A stretch of DNA of 64,000 nt, from IMG/VR virus record IMGVR_UViG_3300028797_000093, one strand, 5' to 3'. Within the stretch, counting starts at the first letter, position 1; every line of letters begins with the position of its first letter. The notes beneath the pieces were generated by a model that did not search any database, was not told the DNA's origin, and saw only the letters and a program-made list of their open reading frames with translations. Position numbers and translations under genes: made by a program. This stretch comes from a virus. Lineage: Duplodnaviria > Caudoviricetes. Positions 30,395-40,806 of the stretch are shown here, piece by piece.

Positions 30395-30934
30395 ATGAAA
30401 AGAAAACAAGATTTTTATCCTGGGCAATTATGCTTGTTTGATAGATATAATTATACTGCTATGAAAGGCGCTAATTCTATTACTATGGTTTCTATAGTAA
30501 GACCTTATAAAAAGAGCCTTTTCAATATTCATAATGAATGGATGGTCTTTATACCTGCTACACAAGAAGTTATTGTAGTACCAGAGAGTTTTCTCTGTCC
30601 TGCTCCTACAGTAGAACAACTACGAAATCTAGAATCTGTTATAATGATAAGAAATCCTGTAAACTTACCTGAGTTTACAGTTTCTGATGTTTCTAATGTA
30701 AGAAAAGCTATAGCTATTCTAGAAGAGCATAAATCTGTATATAATAAAGATGCTACTCAATCTATTGATAGTGTAAATGAAACTATTAAAGGATTAAATA
30801 AGCTTCTACTAAAGTTTAAGTTTTATTCTAGAATGAATGTGAAAGAGAGAGTGCTTAATCTAGGAAGAATAAGCTCTACTTCTTATGAAGATAATGGAAT
30901 TAAAAAAGAAGAATATGATGAGGATGATGTGTAA
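30395..30934 (+). CDS. Hypothetical protein
   Basis: 179 aa; GGAGG SD; early-type TATATTATA upstream. Confidence 0.65.
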   Translation: MKRKQDFYPGQLCLFDRYNYTAMKGANSITMVSIVRPYKKSLFNIHNEWMVFIPATQEVIVVPESFLCPAPTVEQLRNLESVIMIRNPVNLPEFTVSDVSNVRKAIAILEEHKSVYNKDATQSIDSVNETIKGLNKLLLKFKFYSRMNVKERVLNLGRISSTSYEDNGIKKEEYDEDDV

Positions 30935-31191
30935 TGGATGACTATACGAATCCTTTAATTGATGTATCTGAAACTGAAGCATTCATAGCTTCTAATATTG
31001 CTAAGATGAGAATATCAGAAATTAGAAGTAGTCAGCATCTGACAAAGAAAGCTTTAGCTGAATTAAGTGGATTATCTGAGAAGTCTATAGCTTTTATAGA
31101 GAATCCTAAGGGTAATCCTACATTTAACTCTATGCAGAGATATCTTAATGCTTTAGGATGGGAAATGGTATTTAAAAGAAAAGAGGATTAA
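30934..31191 (+). CDS. XRE/Cro-C1 HTH transcriptional regulator
   Basis: IRSSQHLTKKALAELSGLSEKSIAFIENPKGNPTFNSMQRYLNALG. Confidence 0.85.
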   Translation: MDDYTNPLIDVSETEAFIASNIAKMRISEIRSSQHLTKKALAELSGLSEKSIAFIENPKGNPTFNSMQRYLNALGWEMVFKRKED

Positions 31192-31196
31192 GATAT

Positions 31197-31457
31197 ATGA
31201 GAGGTTCATTATATAAGACTGATAAGTATCTAGAACCTTGTCCTATATGTGGAAGACTTCCTAAATTATATGTAGAAAGATTGGGTGGTGGATGGGGATC
31301 TTGGTGTACTATAGTATGCAAGAAACCTCTTAGAAAACCACATCTAAAAATAGAAGAAGGAAAAGCTCAATATAGAAGAGCTATTGAGTATGCTATAGAA
31401 GACTGGAATAAGACTTGTTATGAATATAGAAAGAGGAATAAAAATAATGAAAAATAG
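31197..31457 (+). CDS. Lar-family-like zinc ribbon protein
   Basis: LEPCPICG at N-terminus and AIEDWN at C-terminus. Confidence 0.55.
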   Translation: MRGSLYKTDKYLEPCPICGRLPKLYVERLGGGWGSWCTIVCKKPLRKPHLKIEEGKAQYRRAIEYAIEDWNKTCYEYRKRNKNNEK

Positions 31458-31669
31458 AATAATGTGCATTAGAATCTATAATGATCCAGAAATAGTTAAT
31501 ATTACCAGAGTTGATATTAAATTTACTGATCATACAGAATCTAATTTTATTAATTGGAGTCAGAAAGAACAAAGAGAGAAAATTCTCAAACAAATAGAAG
31601 AGTTTACTATTATTTATGATGAAAGAATCAAGAAACCGTTTAACGATGTTTAAATAATGGAGGATATGT

Positions 31670-32191
31670 ATGAGCGAAGATATTACTTCAATAATGAAAG
31701 GTATCATAAATAAGTCTATATCTAATATTATACTTGATCCTTCAATAATATCTAGTATTATATGGAATTATTTTAAAGACAATAATAATATCTATATTGG
31801 AAAGTTCCTCCATAAAAATAGAGAAAGCAAAGAAGTATCAGCATTCTATAGTGGTGAATTCATCATTATAGATAAGTATACATTTGTTAATGAGAATATA
31901 TACTACGATGTGTATATAAGATACTTTGTTGATGAGCATGATAATCTAGTTATTAGAGATAAGGTTATACTTATCATTGATACAATGACTGTTACTATTC
32001 ATAGTAAAATAGAAGATCTAGATCCAGAATTTGTTTTAAATACTTCATTTAAGAGATGTGATTATGATAAATTAATGATTATTACTCCCAATATGAAATT
32101 ATTTGATGCTGATAGAAGATTTGGTTATATGATAAATGCTAAGCTTACGTTTGATTATAATATAAAATTTGATAAAGAGGTAGATAATTAA
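31670..32191 (+). CDS. Hypothetical protein
   Basis: 173 aa; GGAGG SD. Confidence 0.6.
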   Translation: MSEDITSIMKGIINKSISNIILDPSIISSIIWNYFKDNNNIYIGKFLHKNRESKEVSAFYSGEFIIIDKYTFVNENIYYDVYIRYFVDEHDNLVIRDKVILIIDTMTVTIHSKIEDLDPEFVLNTSFKRCDYDKLMIITPNMKLFDADRRFGYMINAKLTFDYNIKFDKEVDN

Positions 32192-32655
32192 TGATAGAAG
32201 CTATAAATATTATTCCAAGACAATTAGAATTTGAACAGCATGAAGCTGTTAAACATCTAATATTTAATTATATTAAAGATCTAGTTATTACTAAGAAAAG
32301 TGATGAAGTAATTAAAGATTGTCTGGTAATCCAGATGTCTGATATCATTAAAGAGTTTTTCTCTAAATATGAATTAGATCTTGGTGATCTTAGATTTGTC
32401 ACTAAAGAAAAAGATTCAGAAAGTACTATATACTTTATTTACTATGGAAAAGATGATAAGGATATTACTTACAAAGTAGAAGTATATTGTTGGGAAATTA
32501 TTGGAGTTACAAGAATTAAGAATATAGTGTCTGATATTGGTGCAATGAGAGCAATTAATTGCACTAAGAGAGAAACATATACGTTTCCTGTAAAGAATTA
32601 TAGACATAAGATAGATATAATATATAAGATGTATTCATACAAGTTGGAGCCTTGA
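32191..32655 (+). CDS. Hypothetical protein
   Basis: 154 aa; translationally coupled. Confidence 0.6.
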   Translation: MIEAINIIPRQLEFEQHEAVKHLIFNYIKDLVITKKSDEVIKDCLVIQMSDIIKEFFSKYELDLGDLRFVTKEKDSESTIYFIYYGKDDKDITYKVEVYCWEIIGVTRIKNIVSDIGAMRAINCTKRETYTFPVKNYRHKIDIIYKMYSYKLEP

Positions 32656-33269
32656 AAATGAGTAATGAAAACTTCAAATCACAATTAGACAATTATTATT
32701 TTGATAAACTATTAGCTTATCAAAAAGTTTTAAAAAATACAGGTAAGAGGATTCCTTTATGTTTAATTATAGCACATGCTATAGTAATGTATTTAAATAA
32801 AGAATATTGTTCTAAGAGTAATTTCGATGAACTTGGTGTATTTGAAAACTTTGATATGGTTGATAATAATTTAGTACACTTTGATTTTAGTTCTAAGTTT
32901 AATGATAAGATGTACTATGTGTATATGAATAGAGATTTTCATATTACAAAGATTAGAATTACTGATACTAATGTGGATAAAATAGAACTTGATGATATAA
33001 CTTATATCGGTGACTTTAAACTAGAGAGCGAAGGAAAAACATATATTCCTAATAATTGTAAAATTAAAGTTGATCTTGAATATACTCTAGATATAGGGAA
33101 AAAGACTCTAGGAGCTTTGATTCTAGATGAATCAGAAGAATTTAAAATGTTTGAATATTTAGAACAAGATAAATATGCAATTTATCATTATCTAGCAGAA
33201 GATTTTGATATTAATAAGAATATTGGTATCTGGATTATACCTTCTGTATATAGCTATGCTACAAATTAA
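32652..33269 (+). CDS. Hypothetical protein, paralog of 33545..34120
   Basis: Shared LxxYYxxKL...RIPL...LDIGKxxxGAL...EEFKM. Confidence 0.7.
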   Translation: MKMSNENFKSQLDNYYFDKLLAYQKVLKNTGKRIPLCLIIAHAIVMYLNKEYCSKSNFDELGVFENFDMVDNNLVHFDFSSKFNDKMYYVYMNRDFHITKIRITDTNVDKIELDDITYIGDFKLESEGKTYIPNNCKIKVDLEYTLDIGKKTLGALILDESEEFKMFEYLEQDKYAIYHYLAEDFDINKNIGIWIIPSVYSYATN

Positions 33270-33305
33270 GAGAATAATTAAAAAAGAGAAGGAGAAGTAA
33301 CAGTA

Positions 33306-33542
33306 ATGGAAAATAAAACAGCTCATTGGACTATTGAAGATGGAGATTTAGATTGTGCATATTGCAGTGAATGTGGACATGCTGTTACTCTAAATAAAAA
33401 TTTTAATTTTTCACTAACTGTAGATGGAGATATTAAAGTAGAATTTCCTGATAGATGTCCTAAATGTGGATGTAAAATAGGTAGTGTAAAATCTACTACT
33501 CATTGTACTGATATTATAGAAGATCTATTGAAGGAGATTTAA
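33306..33542 (+). CDS. Zinc-ribbon protein, paralog of 34593..34862
   Basis: AHWxxEDGDLDxxYCSxCG...CPKCGC. Confidence 0.75.
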   Translation: MENKTAHWTIEDGDLDCAYCSECGHAVTLNKNFNFSLTVDGDIKVEFPDRCPKCGCKIGSVKSTTHCTDIIEDLLKEI

Positions 33543-33544
33543 TT

Positions 33545-34120
33545 ATGTTTTCTAATATAGAATTGAAACTAAATGAATATTATCTTCATAAACTAGTAAG
33601 ACAAGTTAGAGAGAATGGTGATTCAAATAAAAGAATCCCATTAATACTTGCTGTATCTAGTGCTATTAAAGAGTATATAATTAGTGAAGGATTTAATGTA
33701 TCTGACTTACGTAGTGTAAGTGTAGTTGGAAATAAATGCGTAGTATTTCAATACTATACTAATTATTATAATAGCGATCATACTTGTCAGGTTAGTTTGG
33801 AAATTGATGGGTCTAATGCTTCCATTAATAATATAACAGTAACTGATAAAGTAGACTTTCTACTAGAAGAAGATAAAAGAATAGGATCTTATGTAAAATC
33901 CTATGATAATAAAATATATACCAATATTAAACATGCTTATCTTAAAATAGATTATGATCTTGATATTGGAAAAGAACTTATAGGAGCTCTTAAAATTGAC
34001 GAAGAGTTTAAGATGTATTTAAGTGCTAATAATGAAATATTGCATTTTATGTCTACTGATGAAGATTATAGTGGTAAAAATATAAGTCTTAAATTGACTT
34101 TTAGTATAGAAGTGGTTTAA
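33545..34120 (+). CDS. Hypothetical protein, paralog of 32652..33269
   Basis: Same shared motifs as 32652..33269. Confidence 0.7.
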   Translation: MFSNIELKLNEYYLHKLVRQVRENGDSNKRIPLILAVSSAIKEYIISEGFNVSDLRSVSVVGNKCVVFQYYTNYYNSDHTCQVSLEIDGSNASINNITVTDKVDFLLEEDKRIGSYVKSYDNKIYTNIKHAYLKIDYDLDIGKELIGALKIDEEFKMYLSANNEILHFMSTDEDYSGKNISLKLTFSIEVV

Positions 34121-34147
34121 TAATAAGAGAGAGGAAGTAGTATAGAG

Positions 34148-34567
34148 ATGGAATGTAAAGATACAAGAATAGATTCTATTATTAGAGATAGTATCTTTAA
34201 TGGTACTCTTGCTTATGCAACTAATATGAGTCATGATCTTGAAAAACTTGATATTCTTGTTAATATTCTAAAATCTTATTTTGATTCTATTGGACTAAAG
34301 GATTTAGTATTTAATAAAGTTATTAGTTCAAGTACAAGTGATGATCTGGAAGATAGAGATAATGCTATTGAAATATATTTCAATGATAATGATCATACTA
34401 TTACATATGGTGTCTTTATAACTGAAGGGCTTATTATTCAGCATATAAAAACAGTAGTTAATATAAATCTAGAAAGTCTTGGTAATATTATTACTCCTTG
34501 TATTAATCGTAAAACATATATGATCAATAAAGAAATTACTTTCGATATTGATTTTGATGTAAAATAA
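34148..34567 (+). CDS. Hypothetical protein
   Basis: 139 aa with SD. Confidence 0.6.
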   Translation: MECKDTRIDSIIRDSIFNGTLAYATNMSHDLEKLDILVNILKSYFDSIGLKDLVFNKVISSSTSDDLEDRDNAIEIYFNDNDHTITYGVFITEGLIIQHIKTVVNINLESLGNIITPCINRKTYMINKEITFDIDFDVK

Positions 34568-34592
34568 ATATAATAATAGGAGGATTAATCAG

Positions 34593-34862
34593 ATGGCAGT
34601 TTCTTTTATAGATAAGAGTGTTGTTGATAAAGATAAAGCTCATTGGATTTTGGAAGATGGAGATTTAGATAGCGTTTATTGCAGTAAATGTGGTTACGCT
34701 GTTAATCCAGATACTAACTTCAAGTTTTCTCTAAATGAAAATAATGATATTGTGGTAGAATATCCAAATGAATGCCCAAAATGTGGATGTGAAATTAATA
34801 ATTTTCATATCATTGGTCGTTGCTTTGATATTATTAAAGAAAATTTGATGAAGAAAGTATAA
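34593..34862 (+). CDS. Zinc-ribbon protein, paralog of 33306..33542
   Basis: AHWILEDGDLDSVYCSKCG...CPKCGC. Confidence 0.75.
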   Translation: MAVSFIDKSVVDKDKAHWILEDGDLDSVYCSKCGYAVNPDTNFKFSLNENNDIVVEYPNECPKCGCEINNFHIIGRCFDIIKENLMKKV

Positions 34863-34980
34863 GCTTTCTGATTATGAGATATAATATAGAGGGTATAAAA
34901 TTATATACCCTCTATTATTTTTTAGATCAATTATATATTATAAATATAGAATACTATAGAAAGGGGATATATTTTTATAT

Positions 34981-36096
34981 ATGGGATGGTTTGATAATTG
35001 TTCTAATATAGAAGAATTATCTGCTAAATATAAAACTCTTGCTAAGAAATATCATCCTGATGTTTCTAAAGAAGAGAATGCTGATAAGATTATGAAAGAG
35101 ATTAATGCAGAGTATGACGCATCATACTCTGCTATCATTCTCGGTAAGTATGATATTATTAATATTGCTAAGTCTTATAAACAACAAAGAGAAAAGCCCA
35201 TCAAATATATATTAGCTTTCTTTATGAAAGATAAGCAAAGAGGTAAAGGTTATTTTGCTTATACATTTGAAAGCAGAGGTATCTTCTGGTGGGGATCTAA
35301 AAAGAAGATCAAAATAGTAACAGAAGATTCTGATACTTGGGATAACTTTAGAGGTGGATTTGCTGTAGTATCCACAGAATATGATTATGAGAATGATGTA
35401 TATAAAGCTAGAAATAGTAAGATCATTCCTGAGACTCCTAGCTATGTAGATATGTATTATTGGATTCATGAAAGAAATCTAGAATCCAGTAATACAACCG
35501 ATATAGTTAAGAGTAATACACAAATGGATAGTTCCTATCTAAATGATTGGAATCGTTTCTGGTTTATTAAGACTAATTATTATAAGACTTGGATAACTAA
35601 AGAATTTTTATTTAATACTAAATATAATAAAGTTGCCTATATGAAAGTAGGCAATATTATCATGTCTTGTGTATATCCTATTGATGATCAATATTATACT
35701 ATAGAAGATGAAGTAAAAGGTACAGAGTTCTCTTATGTAATCTTCCAAGAATGCACTAAGAAAGAATTCTGTAATACACATGATGTAGATTATAGACCTA
35801 TGTTTGCTGATGCTCTTAACTGTGAATATATCAGGAATGAGAATGATCTCTATTGGATTGATAATCCTGTAGTACTTCATTATGCTAGACTTGGTATTGT
35901 TAAGTTTTATCAGTCTAAAATAAACTTTAAACTTCGATATGGAACATTTGATTCTAAAATATTGGAAGAGAATGCTCATGAATTAGATATAGATAATGCT
36001 GAGATTATTCAAGATTATCTTGATGAACTCAATCAAGATTTTGTTGATAAATCTGAAGCTATGGCCAGAAAAGGTAAAATTAATATAAAGATATAA
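34981..36096 (+). CDS. J-domain (DnaJ-like) protein
   Basis: N-terminal YKTLAKKYHPD...MKEINAEYD with intact HPD motif; C-terminal region unrecognised. Confidence 0.85.
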   Translation: MGWFDNCSNIEELSAKYKTLAKKYHPDVSKEENADKIMKEINAEYDASYSAIILGKYDIINIAKSYKQQREKPIKYILAFFMKDKQRGKGYFAYTFESRGIFWWGSKKKIKIVTEDSDTWDNFRGGFAVVSTEYDYENDVYKARNSKIIPETPSYVDMYYWIHERNLESSNTTDIVKSNTQMDSSYLNDWNRFWFIKTNYYKTWITKEFLFNTKYNKVAYMKVGNIIMSCVYPIDDQYYTIEDEVKGTEFSYVIFQECTKKEFCNTHDVDYRPMFADALNCEYIRNENDLYWIDNPVVLHYARLGIVKFYQSKINFKLRYGTFDSKILEENAHELDIDNAEIIQDYLDELNQDFVDKSEAMARKGKINIKI

Positions 36097-36133
36097 AAGA
36101 ATATATAAATAAAATAAGAGGGAGGAAATAGAG

Positions 36134-36559
36134 ATGGAAGCTATTAAAGAAAGGTATGTGTACGCACAAGAAGGGTATGTATACACAGACCCTGATTACA
36201 GTGGTTTTAGAGTACATGATGAATGTGATAGGGTAATTAAAATTTGTAGCGATGTTAAAAAAGAATTTAATGAATATATGTTTTCTATTCTTGGATCTTA
36301 TAGTGATGATGAACTTCCTATTCTTTATAGAACCATTATGGCTGATAAGATCAAAGAAAAAATTCAAGAGAAACTTGGTTATGATGTTGGAGATATTACT
36401 GATATCTTTAATGAAAATAAAGATGATGATCATTATGTTGTATTTAAATATAGATCAAAATCAGAAAAGGGAGAGTTTGAGGTATATCTCAACAAAGATA
36501 ATGTAATTAAATATATTAAAGAGATTCATATCTTTGATCAGGATATTTCTTTGGACTAA
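36134..36559 (+). CDS. Hypothetical protein
   Basis: 141 aa; GGAGG SD. Confidence 0.6.
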   Translation: MEAIKERYVYAQEGYVYTDPDYSGFRVHDECDRVIKICSDVKKEFNEYMFSILGSYSDDELPILYRTIMADKIKEKIQEKLGYDVGDITDIFNENKDDDHYVVFKYRSKSEKGEFEVYLNKDNVIKYIKEIHIFDQDISLD

Positions 36560-36671
36560 ACTATAAATCAAATGGGTACCTCATATATGGTACCCATTTG
36601 TTTTTTATTGTTCTAAAAACTTAATGATAATATATTATAAGTATAGAAATAATGATAGGAGATTTAATTAT

Positions 36672-37748
36672 ATGGCAACTAAATCTCAAGTTGATATATT
36701 TGAAGATCTAAAGCAATATCTTATAGCTAATTTTAATGGTAAATTAGCTTCTGGTGGTAAAGAGGTTACTATAAGATGTCCATTCTGTGGTGACTCTCTT
36801 AAGAATACTAAAGATAGACATATGTATATCGGTATTAATAGAAATACTGGTATTATAAATTATAATTGTTTCCTCTGTGATAGAGGAGGAATGGTTAACC
36901 AAGAATTCTTTAAATATCTTGGTGGAGATACTGTAGATATAAATAATGATCTGAAGACTAATGTGATATCTTATAATACTAAGATATTAAACTTACCTCA
37001 AAATAGATTGATAAAAGATGCAGAATCTGTTATATTTGCTCAGCCTAGATATTTCATTAGAGATGATGAAAATACCAGAAAGAAGATAGATATATTTAAT
37101 AGAAGACTAGGAATAAATGCTACTCCTGAAGAGTTATGTAGAATGAAGGTTATTCCTAATCTTAAAGACTTTCTAATGGTAAATAATATATCTACATATA
37201 CAAGACATCCTAATGTAGTAGATCTATTAGATCAATTCTTTATAGGATTTCTATCTACCAATAATAGTTTCATTAATCTAAGAAGATTAGTACCATCTGG
37301 TAAATTACCAGAGGTGGTTGATAAGAAATATATTAATTATAATATCTTCTCTAAGATGGATAATAGTATGAGGAATTATACTATACCATCTGCTATAAAT
37401 ACATTAGACCCTAGACCTATAAAGATTTATATAGCAGAAGGGTCTTTTGATGTATTAGGATTGTATTATAATGTAGTAGAAGATAAAACACAGACTATAT
37501 TCTCTTCTATAGGAGGTAAGTCTTATTTATCTCCTATAAAGTATTTTGTATTAAACTATGGATTAATAAACACAGAATATCATATTTGTGTAGATAATGA
37601 TATAGATGATAAAGTTATACAAAATATATCTAATATAATAAGGCCATTATGCATGAGAGCATACATGCATAGAAATGCTATGCCTGGAGAAAAAGATTTT
37701 GGTGTAACAAGAGATAGAATAAAAGATTGGTCTATAAGATTAATATAA
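36672..37748 (+). CDS. DNA primase
   Basis: Zinc finger CPFCGDS...H...CFLC; TOPRIM motifs IAEGSFD and VDND; C-terminal KDFG. Confidence 0.85.
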   Translation: MATKSQVDIFEDLKQYLIANFNGKLASGGKEVTIRCPFCGDSLKNTKDRHMYIGINRNTGIINYNCFLCDRGGMVNQEFFKYLGGDTVDINNDLKTNVISYNTKILNLPQNRLIKDAESVIFAQPRYFIRDDENTRKKIDIFNRRLGINATPEELCRMKVIPNLKDFLMVNNISTYTRHPNVVDLLDQFFIGFLSTNNSFINLRRLVPSGKLPEVVDKKYINYNIFSKMDNSMRNYTIPSAINTLDPRPIKIYIAEGSFDVLGLYYNVVEDKTQTIFSSIGGKSYLSPIKYFVLNYGLINTEYHICVDNDIDDKVIQNISNIIRPLCMRAYMHRNAMPGEKDFGVTRDRIKDWSIRLI

Positions 37749-37762
37749 AGGAGGATCATATA

Positions 37763-38080
37763 ATGACTACAGAAGACATGATTATGGAACTCAATGGTGT
37801 TAGAGAGAAGTATAAAGATAAACCTGTATACACAGGTGATGTCAATATTCCTATTATGTGTGATGATATTATTAGTAAGCTCAGAGAGCTTACTAAAGAG
37901 ATTGAAAGTCTTAAAATGGAAAATACATTTCTGAAAGGGATGCTGAAGAGTAATAGTGAATATAGTGAACTGAGTAATAGATATAAAACAAATGATCTAG
38001 TTAACAGAGATCCTAAAGATCCTGTTACTAATGGATTTCCAAATATGCAACCTGGAACTCCTGAACCTATTATGCTATAA
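37763..38080 (+). CDS. Hypothetical coiled-coil protein
   Basis: ORF 37727..38080 with AGGAGG SD before the internal MTTED. Confidence 0.55.
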   Translation: MTTEDMIMELNGVREKYKDKPVYTGDVNIPIMCDDIISKLRELTKEIESLKMENTFLKGMLKSNSEYSELSNRYKTNDLVNRDPKDPVTNGFPNMQPGTPEPIML

Positions 38081-38082
38081 CT

Positions 38083-38301
38083 ATGGGACAGCATAAGTAT
38101 AATCCTACAGCTATTGCTGCTAAAGAGGGTAAACTGAATAAGAAACCAGAATCTAAATATAGTAAAAGAGGATTTGAAAGAGCTCTATTAAATGGTATCA
38201 CCAGAGGAATGTTTTCTAGATTAGGATTACATAACTATACAGAACCTTATGATTATTATCAAATGATGAATTCAGCAAATTCATCTAAGTTTCATAAATA
38301 G
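38083..38301 (+). CDS. Hypothetical protein
   Basis: 72 aa, coupled to neighbours. Confidence 0.55.
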   Translation: MGQHKYNPTAIAAKEGKLNKKPESKYSKRGFERALLNGITRGMFSRLGLHNYTEPYDYYQMMNSANSSKFHK

Positions 38302-38315
38302 GAGTAGATACTTAT

Positions 38316-38597
38316 ATGAATTTCAATAAAGAGATTAATAGTTTCTATTTAAATATTGCTGTTCAGAGAACTGCTCTGAATTTATACTCTACCCTTGCTG
38401 ATGGTATAGCAAGAAAAGAATATACAGTAAATAATCTATCTGAGATTAGTGGTCTATCTAAGAAGACTATTAAGAATATTCTTAAAATGAAATCTAGCGT
38501 AAATACATCAGATTTTATTACTCTATTGAATGCTGTATGCCCTGATAAAAAGGTTGAGGTGTCTGATAGAATAGAAGATCCACTAATACTTTGCTAA
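38316..38597 (+). CDS. XRE-like HTH protein
   Basis: YTVNNLSEISGLSKKTIKNIL...DFITLLNAV. Confidence 0.65.
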   Translation: MNFNKEINSFYLNIAVQRTALNLYSTLADGIARKEYTVNNLSEISGLSKKTIKNILKMKSSVNTSDFITLLNAVCPDKKVEVSDRIEDPLILC

Positions 38598-38690
38598 TAT
38601 ATAATAGAGGTAGTACAATTTTAGTACTACCTCTTTATTTTTTAACTAATTAATAAGAATTAAATCCTTTCAGGAGGTTTGGTATATAAA

Positions 38691-39902
38691 ATGGCTAAGT
38701 TTACAAATACACAATATAAGAATACTATAAATAATCTTATTAGTGCACAAACCAGCAAACTTGATAATCCATATTATATGTACTCTGATCAGAAGGGTAC
38801 TGTAGTAAATTACTATGCTCAGAATATAGAAAAGTCTACTCTAGATCAAGCTGCTAAAATTGAATATTCTAAGCTTGGTGGAAATTCTCCTCTTAGATAT
38901 AATCTAATTAATGATTTTATTCTATATGGTATTGATAGAATAGTATTATCTCTTAATAGTGGAGAATGGGGACTAGAAGCTGATCCTGTTGAAGGTGAAG
39001 CAATAGTTCTTCCTAATACCATTTATCCTAAGACAGGGGATTACTTTGTAATTCCTTATATTAAAGAGGATGTACTCTTCTATGTAAACGATTGTAACTT
39101 TGATACTCTAGATACTGGAGCTAATATCTATAAAATTAGTTATAAACTAGAATATTCCAGAGCTCAAAAAGTAGAAGAACTTAATAAACAGGTTGTAAAG
39201 ACTTATAATTATATAGTTTCAGCTGTTGGAACTGATTATAAGACTATTATAGAAAGTAATGACTATAATGTGATAGCAAGCTTAGAGGAACTCAAGGAAA
39301 TTCTTATTGGGTACTTTAAAGACCTCTTTTTCGACGATAGAGTACAAACCTTTATATATTGCTATAACTGTAATAATTTCTATGATCCCTATAGTATTGA
39401 GTTTATGATTAGAAATAGAATATTTGACAACACTGATAATTATACATTTGTTACTCATCAGACTGTAAATAAGAAGAACTTCAATATCTGCTATGACAGA
39501 TCTCTATTTAAGTCTCTTGATGATCATACTATTGGTGAAGTTAATGGTGCTGTTGAAGCAAATTGTGAAGCTATCACTGATACAAATACTCTATTTGGTG
39601 TAAGATATCAGCCATATTTCAATGTAGATTATTTCTCTGATTATTATCTTGGGAATAGAACTCCTATTATTCCTCCAGATGTTATTGCTCATATTCTTTC
39701 TAATGAATTATATCCTTCTGATGATAATCTTTCTATTTTTAATAGCTGGATTAAGTATCAGAATAATGAGAGTGATTATATTGATGGAGATATTATGAGC
39801 AATCTAAAGAATTACAAATATGGAAATAATAATGTAAACTATTACGGTTTGCTCATTAGTATCTTCATTATAGGAAAATACATAGAATCACTACTACGGT
39901 AA
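38691..39902 (+). CDS. Virion structural protein (neck/head-closure-like)
   Basis: GEAIVLPNTIYPKTGDYF motif resembles T4 gp14-like PxxGDxF; AACT-N6-TA promoter variant upstream. Confidence 0.5.
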   Translation: MAKFTNTQYKNTINNLISAQTSKLDNPYYMYSDQKGTVVNYYAQNIEKSTLDQAAKIEYSKLGGNSPLRYNLINDFILYGIDRIVLSLNSGEWGLEADPVEGEAIVLPNTIYPKTGDYFVIPYIKEDVLFYVNDCNFDTLDTGANIYKISYKLEYSRAQKVEELNKQVVKTYNYIVSAVGTDYKTIIESNDYNVIASLEELKEILIGYFKDLFFDDRVQTFIYCYNCNNFYDPYSIEFMIRNRIFDNTDNYTFVTHQTVNKKNFNICYDRSLFKSLDDHTIGEVNGAVEANCEAITDTNTLFGVRYQPYFNVDYFSDYYLGNRTPIIPPDVIAHILSNELYPSDDNLSIFNSWIKYQNNESDYIDGDIMSNLKNYKYGNNNVNYYGLLISIFIIGKYIESLLR

Positions 39903-39912
39903 CATTATAATA
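39901..39912 (+). promoter_or_regulatory. Late promoter AACA-N6-TA
   Basis: AACATTATAATA. Confidence 0.6.
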
Positions 39913-39950
39913 AATCATAATCCAATAGAATCATGGAGGGTTAATATAAT

Positions 39951-40136
39951 ATGAAACTCAAACTCAGTTCAGTAGATGAAGAAAAAGTCTCTACTGTTGA
40001 TATGCTATTTATGAATGAATGCGCTAAAGAAGATGAATTTAAGGCCATTGGTGATGATCTATCTTTCATTGATAACTTTACCGATGAAGTAAGTACAGAT
40101 GATGACCACGACGATGTGAGTGAAGAATATGCCTGA
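39951..40136 (+). CDS. Small acidic protein
   Basis: 61 aa; GGAGG SD. Confidence 0.6.
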   Translation: MKLKLSSVDEEKVSTVDMLFMNECAKEDEFKAIGDDLSFIDNFTDEVSTDDDHDDVSEEYA

Positions 40137-40335
40137 TCTAAAGCCAGTCAAGAAGAATACTAATAAACCTGGAAAGAAACTCCAGTATAATGATAAGGGA
40201 GAAAAGGTTCCAGAGAAATGCCCAAAGTGTGGATCTAAGATAGGTGTTTATCTACAAGGTGAACCAATATTTAGATGCACCAATAACGACTGTAAAAAGT
40301 TCTTTGGTGTTGTAGGATTTCCTGATGACGAATAG
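40120..40335 (+). CDS. Zinc-ribbon protein
   Basis: CPKCG...CTNNDC. Confidence 0.6.
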   Translation: MKNMPDLKPVKKNTNKPGKKLQYNDKGEKVPEKCPKCGSKIGVYLQGEPIFRCTNNDCKKFFGVVGFPDDE

Positions 40336-40367
40336 GACATAAATAAACTGTTTGGAGGATTTCAATA

Positions 40368-40793
40368 ATGCAGGCAACAAAGAAAATTCACCTAAACCCG
40401 AATGGAAACATTATTAAGATTAATGGAAATATATATAGACATTATACTAGAAATCTAACTGTAAGTCTTCCCAGTATCTTCTATGCTATTAGCCATGGTG
40501 CTACAGTACATGAAGTTCTTAGTTCAGGAGATACTGTTAAGCTCACTACACAGAATTATGCTCTAGATAATGAGAAAGCTCATTGGGAAAGACTTGAAAA
40601 AGAACAAAATGAGATAAATATGGCTCAGAACACAGCAAACGTCGAAAATAACGATTTCATGCAAAATGAGGCTCCTGAGTCTATTGAATTAGATACTCTC
40701 ACGAGTGACCTAAACGATAATTTTGAAAATGAAGAAAAATCTAATAAGAAAAATACTAAGAAAAGTAACTCTAAAAAGACCACTGAAGAATAA
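40368..40793 (+). CDS. Hypothetical protein
   Basis: 141 aa; GGAGG SD. Confidence 0.65.
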   Translation: MQATKKIHLNPNGNIIKINGNIYRHYTRNLTVSLPSIFYAISHGATVHEVLSSGDTVKLTTQNYALDNEKAHWERLEKEQNEINMAQNTANVENNDFMQNEAPESIELDTLTSDLNDNFENEEKSNKKNTKKSNSKKTTEE

Positions 40794-40806
40794 TTAACAT
40801 TTTAAT

